63,917 bases of DNA. Source: an uncultured Bdellovibrionales bacterium. Its GTDB lineage: Bacteria; Patescibacteriota; Minisyncoccia; Moranbacterales; GWC2-37-73. The notes beneath the pieces are model-generated. The model ran no database searches and had not been told where the DNA came from. It worked only from the letters and a program-made list of their open reading frames with translations. The stretch is taken from contig CAYVME010000001.1 of assembly GCA_964452415.1 (NCBI GenBank), positions 1 to 63,917 of the forward strand. Direction: 5' to 3'. Below, one piece after another: positions 62,925 to 63,917 of the stretch (positions within the stretch are counted from its first letter, which is position 1; every line of letters begins with the position of its first letter). A program made the position numbers and the translations under genes.

Positions 62925-63782
62925 TTAATGTTCCTCTGCGGTTGTCGCTATTGAAATAAACGCCAGAGTCAAAATCGCAAAAACCAAGGCCTGAACAATT
63001 CCCACAATCAATTCCATAAACATGAATGGGAGTGGAAGCAAGAATGCGGAAATTGACATCATGGAAGCCAGCAAAACTTCACCCGCAAAAATGTTTCCGA
63101 AAAGTCGAAGGCTTAGCGAGGCAATCTTGGCAACTTCCCCGATAATTTCAATCAAGCCCACAAAAATTTTGATTGGGTTGACCATCAAAATCATTGGATC
63201 CTTTTTGATTTTTTTCGGAATCGCAATAATCGCCTTGATGTTCACAAACTTATTGAAATGATTCCAAACTCCGATTGAGATGACTCCGAGCACATGCGAA
63301 AGCACCACCGAAAAAAGTCCAATTGCCAAAGTCGTGTTGAGGTCTGCGGTTGCTCCACGAAAAAGTGGCACAAAAACTTTTCCATGCTCTCCAGTTTCCA
63401 CAAACCCAATTGTTCCGACACCAGGTAGAAGCCCCATCCAGTTGCTCATCAAAACAAAAAGAAATAACGCAAGAATTATAGGTAAAAATTTCAAAGTTTT
63501 CTTGCGATCATTTGTTACACTATCAGCCATCACAAGAGCTTGCTCCAAAATTATTTCAAAAAAATTGTGAAGTCCTTTCGGCACACTTTTTGTTGATTTT
63601 TTTGCTTTTTTTCCAGACACAACAAAAAATGTCACCAAAACAGCAACTGTGATCCAACTCATAATCAAAGAGTTTGTAATGTTGAAATTTCCCACATGCA
63701 AAATCGGCTCAGCAAAAAGAGTCGATTCGTGAGAAATTTCAGTCGATTCAGTATTCCTTATTTGTTCAACTGTCTGAGACAT
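62925..63782 (-). CDS. atpB: Fo ATP synthase subunit a (copy 2)
   Basis: LSLRLFGNIFAGEVL with the essential Arg; 285 aa with a longer N-terminus than copy 1. Confidence 0.88.
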   Translation of the reverse strand: MSQTVEQIRNTESTEISHESTLFAEPILHVGNFNITNSLIMSWITVAVLVTFFVVSGKKAKKSTKSVPKGLHNFFEIILEQALVMADSVTNDRKKTLKFLPIILALFLFVLMSNWMGLLPGVGTIGFVETGEHGKVFVPLFRGATADLNTTLAIGLFSVVLSHVLGVISIGVWNHFNKFVNIKAIIAIPKKIKKDPMILMVNPIKIFVGLIEIIGEVAKIASLSLRLFGNIFAGEVLLASMMSISAFLLPLPFMFMELIVGIVQALVFAILTLAFISIATTAEEH

Positions 63783-63917
63783 ATTTTATATAATAACCAA
63801 GATACAAGATACAAACATCAAACAATACCCAAGCACCAATATTCAAAATATTTTTTGAGATTTGAAATTTATTTGATTATTGTTTCTTGTTTTTTGTTTC
63901 TTCTGCTTCTCCGGAAG

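Overview
AT-rich, very gene-dense window: about 77 protein genes, one tRNA, no rRNA and no CRISPR, with all but about 7 genes on the minus strand. The gene content suggests a small-genome Patescibacteria/CPR-type bacterium (inference): AspRS and ProRS lack their insertion domains, S9 and S11 carry charged N-terminal extensions, there is a free-standing LAGLIDADG endonuclease, and biosynthetic genes are few. Layout:
1. The 3' part of the ribosomal alpha operon (infA-rpmJ-rpsM-rpsK-rpsD-rpoA-rplQ-rplM-rpsI).
2. ftsA-like, pfkB-type kinase, eno, pgk, mraY, a PBP5-type carboxypeptidase, scpAB, an MFS transporter, aspS and an orphan double-receiver regulator.
3. An accessory stretch at about 19.9-35.6 kb. 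Its core is a complete type I R-M system (hsdM, hsdS, hsdR plus a DUF45 peptidase) interrupted by five cargo ORFs.
4. ispH, an ABC-2 exporter, an M24 peptidase, proS, a HIT protein, T-box-controlled glyQS, a DEAD-box helicase, parAB, and tRNA-Leu(CAA) followed by the LAGLIDADG gene.
5. A SulP anion transporter next to a protein with a CsoSCA-like carbonic-anhydrase motif.
6. A full F1Fo ATP synthase operon preceded by a second a-c-b Fo gene set.
The best candidate for an undescribed system is a TIR-like (DUF1863/ThsB-type) protein translationally packed with a small 3-TM protein inside the R-M operon, with no ThsA-type partner. The two c subunits carry different ion-site signatures: Na+-type ESTxxY with a second carboxylate versus H+-type. 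Several recurrent intergenic repeat families and structured leaders are also reported. All functional calls come from reading motifs by eye; no searches were run.
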